The notes under the pieces were generated by a model. It worked only from the letters and a program-made list of their open reading frames with translations, was not told the DNA's origin and ran no database searches. DNA of 28,306 bases from the IMG/VR virus record IMGVR_UViG_3300038530_001907, positions 1 to 28,306 of that record. One strand, written 5' to 3'. The translations under genes and the position numbers were made by a program. The DNA comes from a virus. Its lineage: Duplodnaviria; Caudoviricetes. Positions 19,301 through 25,721 of this stretch are shown piece after piece. Each line of letters begins with the position of its first letter. Position 1 is the first letter of the stretch.

Positions 19301-22252
19301 GGTTGTTAATCCAGTGACAGCAGTATTGTCCGTAGTATAAACAATTTTATCACCATCACTGAATCCATGATTCTTAAAATTAATAGTATCGCTTACAGAA
19401 GAAATATCTTCAGACTTTACCTTTAATTTTCTATTTTCGTAACCACTACCTGGGTTTACAACTTTAATAGAACTTATATTTTTCTTTCCATCAAATAATC
19501 TAAATTTATGAGTGCCTTGAGATGTGGTAGTAAATCCTACTGTGTTTATTCCACTTGCATGATTTTCAAAAGTTTCATAAAGTTTAATTGTCGTAGTATT
19601 TACAACTTCAGCAAAGTAAACAGATCCACTCGCTAATGCTTTATCTTGATGACTATTAGAACCTTTAAAGGTTCCTATACCAATAGCATTATTCCCATTT
19701 CTACTGTAAACAACCGCATCACCATTTCTAAGATTATGTGGTTTTTTGAATGTAATAGTATCTTCACTATTATCAATAGATCCTCCACCAGCAGTTAAGC
19801 GAGCATCAAATTCAATTTCACGATATCTTGTTCTTAATACAGGTTCTAATACTGCACCAGATCCATTACCACCAGTAATAGTTACAGAAACAACGTCTAC
19901 AATGTCAAAATCTTGTGGATCAATCTTAACATCAGATACACTTCCACGAACTACGGGATTTATGAGAGCAGTAGTATGACCGGATCCAGGTGCCGCAACC
20001 TCAATGGTTGGTGGATTGATTACATCATAGTTGGTTCCACCATTATAAAGTCTTGCATTTTTAATGGGACCATAATAAATTTTATCATTAGATTTATAGT
20101 TAATAACTTCAACACCATTAATTAACATTCCAGTGGATCCTGGAGAAGTTAAAGTTCCCTTACCATCCTTAATATTTCTATTCAAAGGGAATTTTTTCAG
20201 TACCTTTTTAGGGTAAATTTTATCACTTTTTTGACTAGAGAGAATAAATGTGTGAGTTCCTTCCCCGCCTGTAGCAAATTCTATTGAAGATCCAGATTCT
20301 ATTAAAGACCTGGAAGCAAACAGTTTAATTTGATTGGGTAAAGATAGTACTTTGACGTAATAAATCCCCTCAGAGACGCCTACAAGGGCGTTTGAGGAGG
20401 GTCTATAGAAGACTTCATCACCAGTTTTGAATGGAACTGCAGAAGCAAAAGATATAATACTGTATTTTAGACTGGTTGAATTAAATCCTTGAAGAGCATT
20501 ACCACTTGCTGAAGGTATGGATGCACTTAAAGAAGACTCTGTGATTTCATAAGAAGGAAGAGAGTTAGATGCTACGTAAGCGTGCGTTTTATCTGTATAT
20601 ACGTTCTGGACATCAGTGACGATTTTATTATCACCATGGAAAAGTTGAGTGCCACTACTAGTGGCAGTGTTTAATTTTCTCCTAATTGTATAGATTTCAG
20701 TCGAGACTGGAGAAAAAGGAGAAAGATTATCAAGAGTAATTTGTTTATTGGTAGCATCAACGGTAGCAACTGAAGCATTGCTATGAAGAACTGTCTCTGT
20801 GGATCCTCTCAGAATGTCCACAGAATCTCCAACCTTGAGACTGGACTTGTCAATTTCACTCTTTAATGTGGCAGAAGAACCAGTAAAACTTTCTACTTGA
20901 AATCTTGAACTAGTATTGTATATCCAACTATTAGCAAAGATTTGTTTGTCAGTTTTATCTACTTCTGGATTTAAAATTTTCTCACCAACATTCTTAACAA
21001 ATATTTTTTGACCTTCATTTGAGAGAAGAATATCTTTAGTCTCTTCAAATTTAGACAGTACTCCAGTAAGACGAAGTTCTACTTTTTTAGTTAAATCACC
21101 ATCCTCATATCCAATATAAACCTCATCAGTTCTCAAGTCTGTCTTAACTGGGATAGCAGTGCCAATCCCACTACAACCAAGAAATTGGTTTACAGTTTTT
21201 TCAGTATATTCAATAGTATTTCTTCCAGAAATAACTTTACCAGTCTGGGCAAACCCTACTGTAGAATCTACTGTTACAACTGAATCACCAACACTTACAG
21301 GATTTGAAACCTTTGTGGATGGTTGAACTTTAAATGTGCCTTCAAGAACTTCCCTATCATCAAAACCGACAAACAATCCAATTTTATAATAAGTTCCGAT
21401 TCCAGAACGTGTAAAAATTTCTACTTCAGATATAGATCCCTGAGTTGTACTATCAGTGGACTTTTTAATAGTTTGTCCAATTAATCTACTAGGATCTCCA
21501 GAGATTACCTCAGCTACAATTTGCTCTCTTCTTCTAAATTCTGCTGCTGATGGTTTTAATAATTGATTTTCTAAATCTATTACCCTCGCATCTACACCAT
21601 AAAGAACTTTAAACAAGATTTTAAAGGATTCTTCAGTTCCTTTAGACTCATATAAACTTCTTATTTCCTTGATAAAGTTATTGACATCTAGGTCATCTAC
21701 AAAATCAACGTCCTCAAGACCTGGAGCAAAAGAATATTTTAATTTTCTATAAAACTCTTTTAAAAATAAAGCACTTAAGTTTTGTACAACTGCACCATTG
21801 GCATGAACTGCTTCAGTAGTGTCACTAAAAATGAGTTCTTCGGCATCTAAAGGAGAACGATATGAAGAAATACCACTAAAACCTCTAATACATCCTGTAA
21901 AAGAAGTCGCAGTTTTTCCAGTATATGTTATAATTTCATCACCAATCTTAAACAGACCATACTCATTAGGAAATCCTTTGGTTGTAGAAACCTGAACTGT
22001 ATCTGCAGTAGAAGAAATTCCAGCAGTCAAACTGGTGTATCCAGTAACAACCTCTGGAGTAAGGTTGTCAAATTTAAGATACTGGTCTAAATTCTCAACA
22101 ATATCAGTAGCACCGCCCTGATGTTCTTGAGAAATATAATATTGCTTCAGAAAGTCAATAGATTTTGGACTTTCGGATCTAAGAAATTCGGGTAACTGAC
22201 TTTCAATTACTTGCTGAACTTTTACCCTTTTTTCAAACCCTGTTTGTATCAT
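10376..22252 (-). CDS. gp7: Baseplate wedge initiator gp7, giant cyanophage form (3958 aa)
   Basis: Lies between gp6 and gp8. N-terminal VIESQLPEF...FLKQYY...FIKEIRSLYESKGTEESFKILFKVLYG. Internal DNDYYQNLSYSVKS...W...V..VLHSSGLKNF. Many GSGY and HG-x-x-x-GD repeat modules. Confidence 0.88.
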   Translation of the reverse strand: MIQTGFEKRVKVQQVIESQLPEFLRSESPKSIDFLKQYYISQEHQGGATDIVENLDQYLKFDNLTPEVVTGYTSLTAGISSTADTVQVSTTKGFPNEYGLFKIGDEIITYTGKTATSFTGCIRGFSGISSYRSPLDAEELIFSDTTEAVHANGAVVQNLSALFLKEFYRKLKYSFAPGLEDVDFVDDLDVNNFIKEIRSLYESKGTEESFKILFKVLYGVDARVIDLENQLLKPSAAEFRRREQIVAEVISGDPSRLIGQTIKKSTDSTTQGSISEVEIFTRSGIGTYYKIGLFVGFDDREVLEGTFKVQPSTKVSNPVSVGDSVVTVDSTVGFAQTGKVISGRNTIEYTEKTVNQFLGCSGIGTAIPVKTDLRTDEVYIGYEDGDLTKKVELRLTGVLSKFEETKDILLSNEGQKIFVKNVGEKILNPEVDKTDKQIFANSWIYNTSSRFQVESFTGSSATLKSEIDKSSLKVGDSVDILRGSTETVLHSNASVATVDATNKQITLDNLSPFSPVSTEIYTIRRKLNTATSSGTQLFHGDNKIVTDVQNVYTDKTHAYVASNSLPSYEITESSLSASIPSASGNALQGFNSTSLKYSIISFASAVPFKTGDEVFYRPSSNALVGVSEGIYYVKVLSLPNQIKLFASRSLIESGSSIEFATGGEGTHTFILSSQKSDKIYPKKVLKKFPLNRNIKDGKGTLTSPGSTGMLINGVEVINYKSNDKIYYGPIKNARLYNGGTNYDVINPPTIEVAAPGSGHTTALINPVVRGSVSDVKIDPQDFDIVDVVSVTITGGNGSGAVLEPVLRTRYREIEFDARLTAGGGSIDNSEDTITFKKPHNLRNGDAVVYSRNGNNAIGIGTFKGSNSHQDKALASGSVYFAEVVNTTTIKLYETFENHASGINTVGFTTTSQGTHKFRLFDGKKNISSIKVVNPGSGYENRKLKVKSEDISSVSDTINFKNHGFSDGDKIVYTTDNTAVTGLTTTVQYQVLKLDDHSFRLANAGVGGTNTTDYIKKQHVNITGVGTGIQNFAYPDITITVNAEYDGVTGVITATPSVRGEIIDLYLYETGTGYGSTVLNFHKKPTVTIKNGKNAELKPLIVDGKISSVQVTNPGVEYSSAPDLVVEGEGIGAELRAIVSGGKITNVVVITAGAGYDQNTTSIKVTSAGVNALVDVEVRDLTYNTHSRFGDEILIEESEKLAYGFVGYSTSIGSNTFGDVGGTHSPIIGWAYDGNPIYGAYGFSDASDINSGVKILASGYELRTSEISNRPEGFVSGFFVEDYKFTASGDLDEHNGRYAKTPEYPNGVYAYHASITSDGKNSKFPYFLGESYSSVLESQTLNQEFDFNSSDLRRNTLPYVVGDKFADNDFIFEPNEVLVQSATIDSITKGSVSDLTIKNPGSDYRVGELGSFDNTDTNGGGLSAFVSEVTGKSIVDVTTTIESHQNAVLVWEKNGTVSVNVDPSHGYFNNDQIAVSGLSTFIPGLTKSHKIGVSSERTRLSVEVAANSTVGFVTDIFVNRIVDSISVGSTLGIGTETLSVLGTYPDKKVVRVLRGIVGAAHTAKTEVFVSPSKFTLPVNASYFDSSTNDKLFFNSIQSVGVGTTTGSGSSKTYFIGSRHYDISVPIRGIYLPNHPFKTGQEVTFERFAGSQGFTVSNSPTSATFSIPLSGNSQSLFVVKKNDDVIGLCTQVGLTTNTDGVYFRTIVSNADSRDFRYSLTSNKTQVTAKVEKIKAKVAVSTAHGLNNGDNINLTVNPEESVGIGTSVSVYLKYNSANDKLLVNPIGFTSAAVNTSTNRLTLTEHGLRTGDKVFYDSDLIISGLNTGSYFVYRIDDNTINLTNTRFEAVSTPPTVVSFGSIGGSSQELSPINPRLNVVRDNNLIFNVNDASLSGYDFKLYYDRDFKNELVSIGSSTTFSTVGVGTVGIANTVTASTVTLNFHKDLPSKVYYQLDKAGFISTADTEVSNYSEINFVDSTYKGSYEVTGVGQTVFSVSLNSVPEKLNYSQSNTSVLKYSTSSPRALGGIEKMNITFGGANYKKLPRFVSIASTAGINADIIPTSTTVGRINQVTIQDPGFDFSADKTLSPEVFISPNITVINRNTISDISITSGGSGYTVAPDLVVVDPSTGLAYDNGVVVANLQGSSISNVEILDVPKGISDVTSKIFAKNNSNGVGISSVFSSPAGVVTCVLTTPTLGFTVDTAPFAVNDLVYAENISLASTTGTGFNSEDYSFNFFKVTAYRNTNPAEVEFDISPYATNAGVAQTDGQKTFATLVNKNNYPTFTVKQTTLDFLIGETIFTKSGNKFIERDLVITSNLNDAIKVYGTYTLSEGEVISGKKSGTIATIESIDENTGVFKVDYSLETDIGWADDIGKLNQDYQVIADNDYYQNLSYSVKSTIEYEKWSNPVNRVLHSSGLKNFADTGIVSEREVTGIITAIASDSGAVIDIIDDKRVDAINFFDFGVDVDTANNKSKFISFKTKRLSDYIECKTNRVLTIDNFNSQFSNQENANEDEFVNIDTFIENDGYIRYLIQSIKPDSKDLQATEIVVVNTKDDDLITVEKASIHNTKDDLLDLQAVKDSNGNVSLKLTPSNIFVGDIDVKLIKNSFNTTLAGIGTQGIGFVTLYGKNVSVSAGSTGTVHESSSVLTKSLFANIEVFDTVTKDKTIVDMYLDHDGTDTYRSDFYFDNSTSGQSSNFIGTFTSNISSDILKLDFENTESNSVLVRSKIVGFGTVAAGIGTHTFKATGQPDSSVKEGRLETKSSTFSGTGISTILTYPKSDVTTVKTTARVSYGNTSALHQVLFNHNSTNAFTVQYPHLSIGSTMGIGTFGASIRGDNFILIFHPDPNISNDITVQTYNEVIQTEKDLNNIPAVLTYGPVNEELKTSQFNSINGDRTNKFDFPVKHNGVSIFEKQFDPSDSDVVNLTTGTFTIADHFFSDREEVTYTPRSTFVGGAHTSMVMSDGSILPSTVYIVKTNNNEFGLSTSTTGAAVTFNSAGSGNGHTLEMNKKIEKSIITIDGVSRAPLAYTPVNHTLSNNGGSISVGATYFGISGISSILPGDVLKVDDEYVKVEAVGLGTTTIGPITGTGSFNVIKSERGFVGTLATTHTDGSTIRLYQGSYNMTRSEIHFTEAPRGNVAETVNESNIPFHKSTFNGRVYLRSDYSTNKVYDDITSQFTGVGATYRLTVNGANTTGIETGSGLVFINNMFQTPTTDNNTGGGYEFSESVGVSSIVFSGIRDANDKLVISDEDVNKNQLPRGGMLVSLGSTQGLGIAPLVGASVTAFVSGGVIQSIGAGATDILGSGYRGSVAIGITDPNHTGNAAAVTVTVGAGGSLAFNVTNGGTGYSYNPTINIPSPSYENLSITGVSRLSEGATTDSGSNLLLNIEVGPAITSVGIGSTLFEVKNFKIVRSGYGFRIGDKFKAVGLVTAKGLPAMINEPEFEVLDIFNDKFAAWQFGELDYIDNIRDLVDGSRVRFPLNYKGSLVSFEVDRNNPDSAQIDLEAVLLVYINGVIQQPNVHYNFVGGTSIVFTTPPAVSPSGGSKDNIDIFFYRGTRGVDSVSVDVNETVKIGDILQLQNSDTTVAQDPRTVHKIASSDRVESNIYAGLGIDDTNFRPISWTKQKRSKKIGGDLVDKSRDSIETQVYPTARVIGGVSTSATEIFVDDAQFFNYEENESSINIASVNGLLVNTTTEPVSAAVTAVVSAAGTISSLNITSGGSGYSGSATIKIAAPKAVGVGVGTTATATATITNGSISAVSITNAGIGYSQTVPPQVIVSSPAISVESLTGITAVAGFAATITGIATAVGTGSNSLALAFSFTASSTSGLAEGYPIFITNTTVGNGVTSINSSDNAVVAIGTTFLDNVYIINDLHTTATTGVATCNILSTTPHSGLTTVGSLTSPRGTLSWGRLSGFTRSTSPISIGVTGLTVDSGLSTFPTIQRRGFGLRENGSLRKDLG

Positions 22253-22254
22253 TC

Positions 22255-24135
22255 TTATCCTCTCTTAAGTTCTCCGTTTAGGTAACTTGAAGTAACTTTA
22301 TAACCGACGCCAGATATCTGTTCGCCAGATGTAATAGTATCTTTAATCATATTTATCTCACTATCAGCAACTGAGAAAGAGAGATAAAGGTCCTTCAAAC
22401 CAATAACATCATTAGAATCGGGGATTGCCTGAATTTCAACAATATCATTTTCTTTCACCGTAGAAGAGAATGTAATTGTATTCAATATTATCTCTCCTTT
22501 TACATAATCCACCGTTCCAGCAGATTTAACTATAATCTCATACTTTCCTTCATCATCTTGATCTCTAACAACAGAAATTGTTCCCTTTCCATTTTCTCCT
22601 GGTGTATCAGTAAAGAAGAAAGTTCCATTTAATCCAGAGAGTCCAAAACCAGTGCTCTTAATATTAAATCCATTTTTATCCATGCGGAATTTATTTCCAT
22701 AACAGAGTTCATACTGAGCAGATTGATTGATTAAAGTCTTTAAGTTTCTTCTTATTCTGACTCTAGTGATATTAGAGGTGATAGCATTATCAGTGCTGTC
22801 AATAGTCTGGCACAATCTACTATATTTAAAACGTCCACCAAACTGATTGATATTGGCAGTAGCAAAGGTATTCAACGTTGAAATAACTTTAGACTTCAAG
22901 TCATTGACATTTGAAACTTTTGAATTATCATAATAAACTGCAGAGTCAATTTCAACAAAAAGAACTTTTAGATCAATAATTGTCTGATTAATACCAGACA
23001 AAGCATAATTTTTTAATTTTGAAGAAATAGATTGCTTGTCAAAATCAGAAATAAAGTCTCCATTTTTTGGTTTTATGCTAATAAGCACATTTCCAAACTG
23101 TGGTGGGTCTAATTCTTCGCCACCAACTACAGAAACAGACTCTGTATTGGGATAAATGGACTGAATAATGGCTTCATAGTCTCTAGCAGTAACAGCACGA
23201 TACTGAGAGGAGTAAATTCTTGGCGCAAAGTACTTAACTGAGTCAATACTTTCAATATCACCACCATTTTGCGACTTGGCAATGGTCGAAATGGATACAT
23301 CAGCACTTGGGACGATTATATTTGAGAGATTATCAACAACTCTTCCACTGTATGCGAAATTTTTAGCACCATTACCTTCAGTTCCGTCAGTAACGATGTA
23401 AGAAACCGTGATAATTGCTCCATTTTCTAATTTTTTACCAAAATATCCATCTCCAAACAGAAGTTCATACTTTTCATCTTGAACTTCCTGTAAAAGATAG
23501 ATTTCTGAGGTTTTATTCAGGTTTAATATGTTCTGAGCAAGTTCATATTCCCTTCCTTCACCAGAATCAGACGCTCCTTTAACTTTTACCACGATTGTAG
23601 AGGTGTCAATGAAAGGATTTTGTAAAATAAAGCGTTGATCTAATGATCCATCAACAACAAATTGTTTTTTTAAGTAAGTTCCTTGGCAAACACTAATGTC
23701 CTTGAACTTTGCTGTTCCAGAATTGATTGTTGTAGTGATATCCTCAGGAATTGAGAAGACAAATTGACTCTCACTTACGCTTCCTACGCATACCAGACCC
23801 GCCTGCAGGGTCATTGTAGGTGATGTACTGGTAGTTTGTACTGTGAGATCAATACGCGCCTTGGAGGCGCTTCTAGAGCGAGGTACATAACCAATATTTC
23901 TTGCCAAAGAAACAACATTTTCCCTCAAAGTTGCCGAATCCAAGAAGGATTCGTTTACAATCATATTTGAGTTGTAGGCAGTAATGTAAGTATTATATGC
24001 TAACGTGTCAATTAATACAGAAAAATTAGATCCCTCAAAATCAAAGTCCGTAAACGTAGAGTTAGCACGGAGATAGTCTTTGATTTGGGACCTAATTTGG
24101 TCAAAATCTAGATTTGTAAATTTAGTAAAAGGCAT
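22255..24135 (-). CDS. gp6: Baseplate wedge subunit gp6 (626 aa)
   Basis: LDFDQIRSQIKDYL...FTDFDFEGSNFSVLIDTLAYNT...ESFLDSATLRENVVSLARNIGYVPRS and RAVTARDY motifs. Confidence 0.95.
   Translation of the reverse strand: MPFTKFTNLDFDQIRSQIKDYLRANSTFTDFDFEGSNFSVLIDTLAYNTYITAYNSNMIVNESFLDSATLRENVVSLARNIGYVPRSRSASKARIDLTVQTTSTSPTMTLQAGLVCVGSVSESQFVFSIPEDITTTINSGTAKFKDISVCQGTYLKKQFVVDGSLDQRFILQNPFIDTSTIVVKVKGASDSGEGREYELAQNILNLNKTSEIYLLQEVQDEKYELLFGDGYFGKKLENGAIITVSYIVTDGTEGNGAKNFAYSGRVVDNLSNIIVPSADVSISTIAKSQNGGDIESIDSVKYFAPRIYSSQYRAVTARDYEAIIQSIYPNTESVSVVGGEELDPPQFGNVLISIKPKNGDFISDFDKQSISSKLKNYALSGINQTIIDLKVLFVEIDSAVYYDNSKVSNVNDLKSKVISTLNTFATANINQFGGRFKYSRLCQTIDSTDNAITSNITRVRIRRNLKTLINQSAQYELCYGNKFRMDKNGFNIKSTGFGLSGLNGTFFFTDTPGENGKGTISVVRDQDDEGKYEIIVKSAGTVDYVKGEIILNTITFSSTVKENDIVEIQAIPDSNDVIGLKDLYLSFSVADSEINMIKDTITSGEQISGVGYKVTSSYLNGELKRG
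22350..22357 (-). promoter_or_regulatory. Putative intragenic late promoter GATAAATA for gp7
   Basis: NATAAATA inside the gp6 3' end, about 98 nt upstream of the ATG at 22252. Confidence 0.4.
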
Positions 24136-24136
24136 A

Positions 24137-24538
24137 TTACCTTGTTGCCTCTAGCAAAAATGAAAATTCTTGAGTAGGAAAGTCCTGACCAACAATATCA
24201 TAAAAAATAGTAACATTAAATGTGTTATTATCTGGTTGAGGATCTACATCAACCTGCACATTTGCAACTCTAGGTTCAAAATTATCAATTGTGGTGATGA
24301 TTTGCTCTTCAATTACGCTTGCAGTGGCAAAATCAACAAAATCAAAAAGACTTGCCCGTACATCAGACCCTAAAAGTGGTTGAAAAAACCTTTCTGTAGG
24401 GATCGTCTGCACTAAATTTTGAACAGATCGCGTGATTGCTCTTGCGTTCTTCAAAATTGGCAAGTCTTTTGTCACAGGATGTGGGTCAAAAGACAGACTT
24501 ATGTCTCTAAATGCTCTTGATTCCCGTGAAATTGCCAT
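24137..24538 (-). CDS. gp25: Baseplate wedge subunit gp25 (133 aa)
   Basis: FRDISLSFDPHPVTKD...AITRSVQNLVQTIPTERFFQPLLGSDV...LF...I..FEPRV, the GPW/gp25 pattern. Immediately upstream of gp6. Confidence 0.93.
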   Translation of the reverse strand: MAISRESRAFRDISLSFDPHPVTKDLPILKNARAITRSVQNLVQTIPTERFFQPLLGSDVRASLFDFVDFATASVIEEQIITTIDNFEPRVANVQVDVDPQPDNNTFNVTIFYDIVGQDFPTQEFSFLLEATR

Positions 24539-24696
24539 TGATCAGTAGTTTTCTTGACTTTATTTATGGTAGCAGGGTCACCATAAACTTCTTGAATCAC
24601 TCTTTCCTCTGGATCTTCGGTTTTATGTGGTTTTGACCAATAATCTGACATGATATTTGGTGCACCCCACAGTTCTTTCATATCTTCTGCTGACAT
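24499..24696 (-). CDS. Hypothetical protein (65 aa)
   Basis: Start reassigned to the ATG at 24696, which has GAGGA just upstream and begins right after the stop at 24698. The 3' end overlaps gp25 by 40 nt. Confidence 0.55.
   Translation of the reverse strand: MSAEDMKELWGAPNIMSDYWSKPHKTEDPEERVIQEVYGDPATINKVKKTTDQWQFHGNQEHLET
24561..24568 (-). promoter_or_regulatory. Late promoter CATAAATA for gp25-gp6-gp7
   Basis: NATAAATA 22 nt upstream of the gp25 ATG. Confidence 0.7.
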
Positions 24697-24697
24697 T

Positions 24698-25378
24698 TTA
24701 GTCCTCATTGGGTGATTCATTGTATTTATTTTCGCGCTCGTCTGCCGTTTTCCAGAAGTATTCATCTTCACGACCCATACCGAGACGCTTGTAACCATTT
24801 TCAACTTGATAATACTGAGTAGAAACCTTAAAATCGGGCATTTTTGGTTCTACAGGTGTCAAACTATTATCAAAGATACGTAATCTATTGTTTGGATAGA
24901 GAGCATACTGCCCATTTTCAAGTTCAATTAGGTTATGAGACTTGTGTTCGGCAGGATTTTCACTCGTTGCCCAGTCCACGTAGTCTGGATCATGATGATA
25001 ATTGTCAATTGTACAGACATAAGTGCCTTTTACATTACCATGATCACGAGTGTAACACTCAAAATCCATTGAACCAATGAACTTCTTATCTACACTGACG
25101 ACACCATAGTCCATACAGTTCCAAAACTGTAGGTTAGGAAGGTCCATATCAGGTGTAGGGGTCTCTGGATCCGAGACAAACGCACTAATCGGCAATTTAT
25201 CATACATTGCCGCATATTCTGGTAAGTAAGTTTCAAAATAAAAAGCGCGTCCAGGTATGGATTTAACCGATACCCAAACGCCCTTTACAAACTCACCATG
25301 TCCAGATTGATGATCCGTCAAATATTCTTTACGGACCCATACTTCCTGAGAAGGAAGATTAGCAATCAAACAAGCCAT
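24698..25378 (-). CDS. Conserved cyanomyovirus hypothetical protein (226 aa)
   Basis: MACLIANLP...VRKEYL.D...GHGEF...YDKLPISAF...LQFWNC...EHKSHNLIELENGQYALYPNNR. Recalled as a conserved marine T4-like phage protein of unknown function. Confidence 0.85.
   Translation of the reverse strand: MACLIANLPSQEVWVRKEYLTDHQSGHGEFVKGVWVSVKSIPGRAFYFETYLPEYAAMYDKLPISAFVSDPETPTPDMDLPNLQFWNCMDYGVVSVDKKFIGSMDFECYTRDHGNVKGTYVCTIDNYHHDPDYVDWATSENPAEHKSHNLIELENGQYALYPNNRLRIFDNSLTPVEPKMPDFKVSTQYYQVENGYKRLGMGREDEYFWKTADERENKYNESPNED
24723..24730 (-). promoter_or_regulatory. Late promoter AATAAATA
   Basis: 26 nt upstream of the ATG at 24696. Confidence 0.55.
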
Positions 25379-25405
25379 GTAGTCTTTACAAATCTAAACT
25401 ATGTA

Positions 25406-25555
25406 TTATCGTCCTTGACCGCGATATACTTTCTTTTTGTTATTACGAGAAGTAGCGGCATACTTTGTATTTTTTCCTGATCCTTGACGAGACTTCTTCG
25501 GTTTTCCGGGCATAAACCCGTCTTTGACGACACCGACTTTAGAACGCATTGCCAT
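25406..25555 (-). CDS. Very basic microprotein (49 aa)
   Basis: Below the track cutoff. MAMRSKVGVVKDGFMPGKPKKSRQGSGKNTKYAATSRNNKKKVYRGQGR. GGAG lies upstream and there is a TAATG overlap with the previous gene. Confidence 0.8.
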   Translation of the reverse strand: MAMRSKVGVVKDGFMPGKPKKSRQGSGKNTKYAATSRNNKKKVYRGQGR

Positions 25556-25719
25556 TAAGAATAATCTCCAAAAATTTTAGTTTCAATGTCCGAGGGACGC
25601 GGACGACCTGTCTGATAGTATTCTACCGCCAGGTCATCCATAATATCAAAATACTCTTCCTCTGTCAAGTTCTTGAACTTAGTCTCTCCCTTGATGAGGA
25701 TTGTGTACCTGTCAGCCAT
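25555..25719 (-). CDS. Small acidic hypothetical protein (54 aa)
   Basis: Below the track cutoff. MADRYTILIKGETKFKNLTEEEYFDIMDDLAVEYYQTGRPRPSDIETKIFGDYS. Fills the gap exactly, starting 2 nt after the glycosyltransferase stop. Confidence 0.8.
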   Translation of the reverse strand: MADRYTILIKGETKFKNLTEEEYFDIMDDLAVEYYQTGRPRPSDIETKIFGDYS

Positions 25720-25721
25720 AA

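Noticed and set aside
1724-22252. Inteins, introns or frameshifts explaining the giant ORFs
   Set aside because: The frames are continuous and I saw no Hint or homing-endonuclease motifs. The size is explained by repeated structural modules.
24137-24538. gp25 as a lysozyme
   Set aside because: This is a legacy label for the family. The established role is structural, in baseplate/sheath initiation.
25400-25406. ATACATA 21 nt upstream of the 226-aa gene as a late promoter
   Set aside because: One mismatch in the core of a short AT-rich motif. The spacing is plausible but the match is too weak to call.
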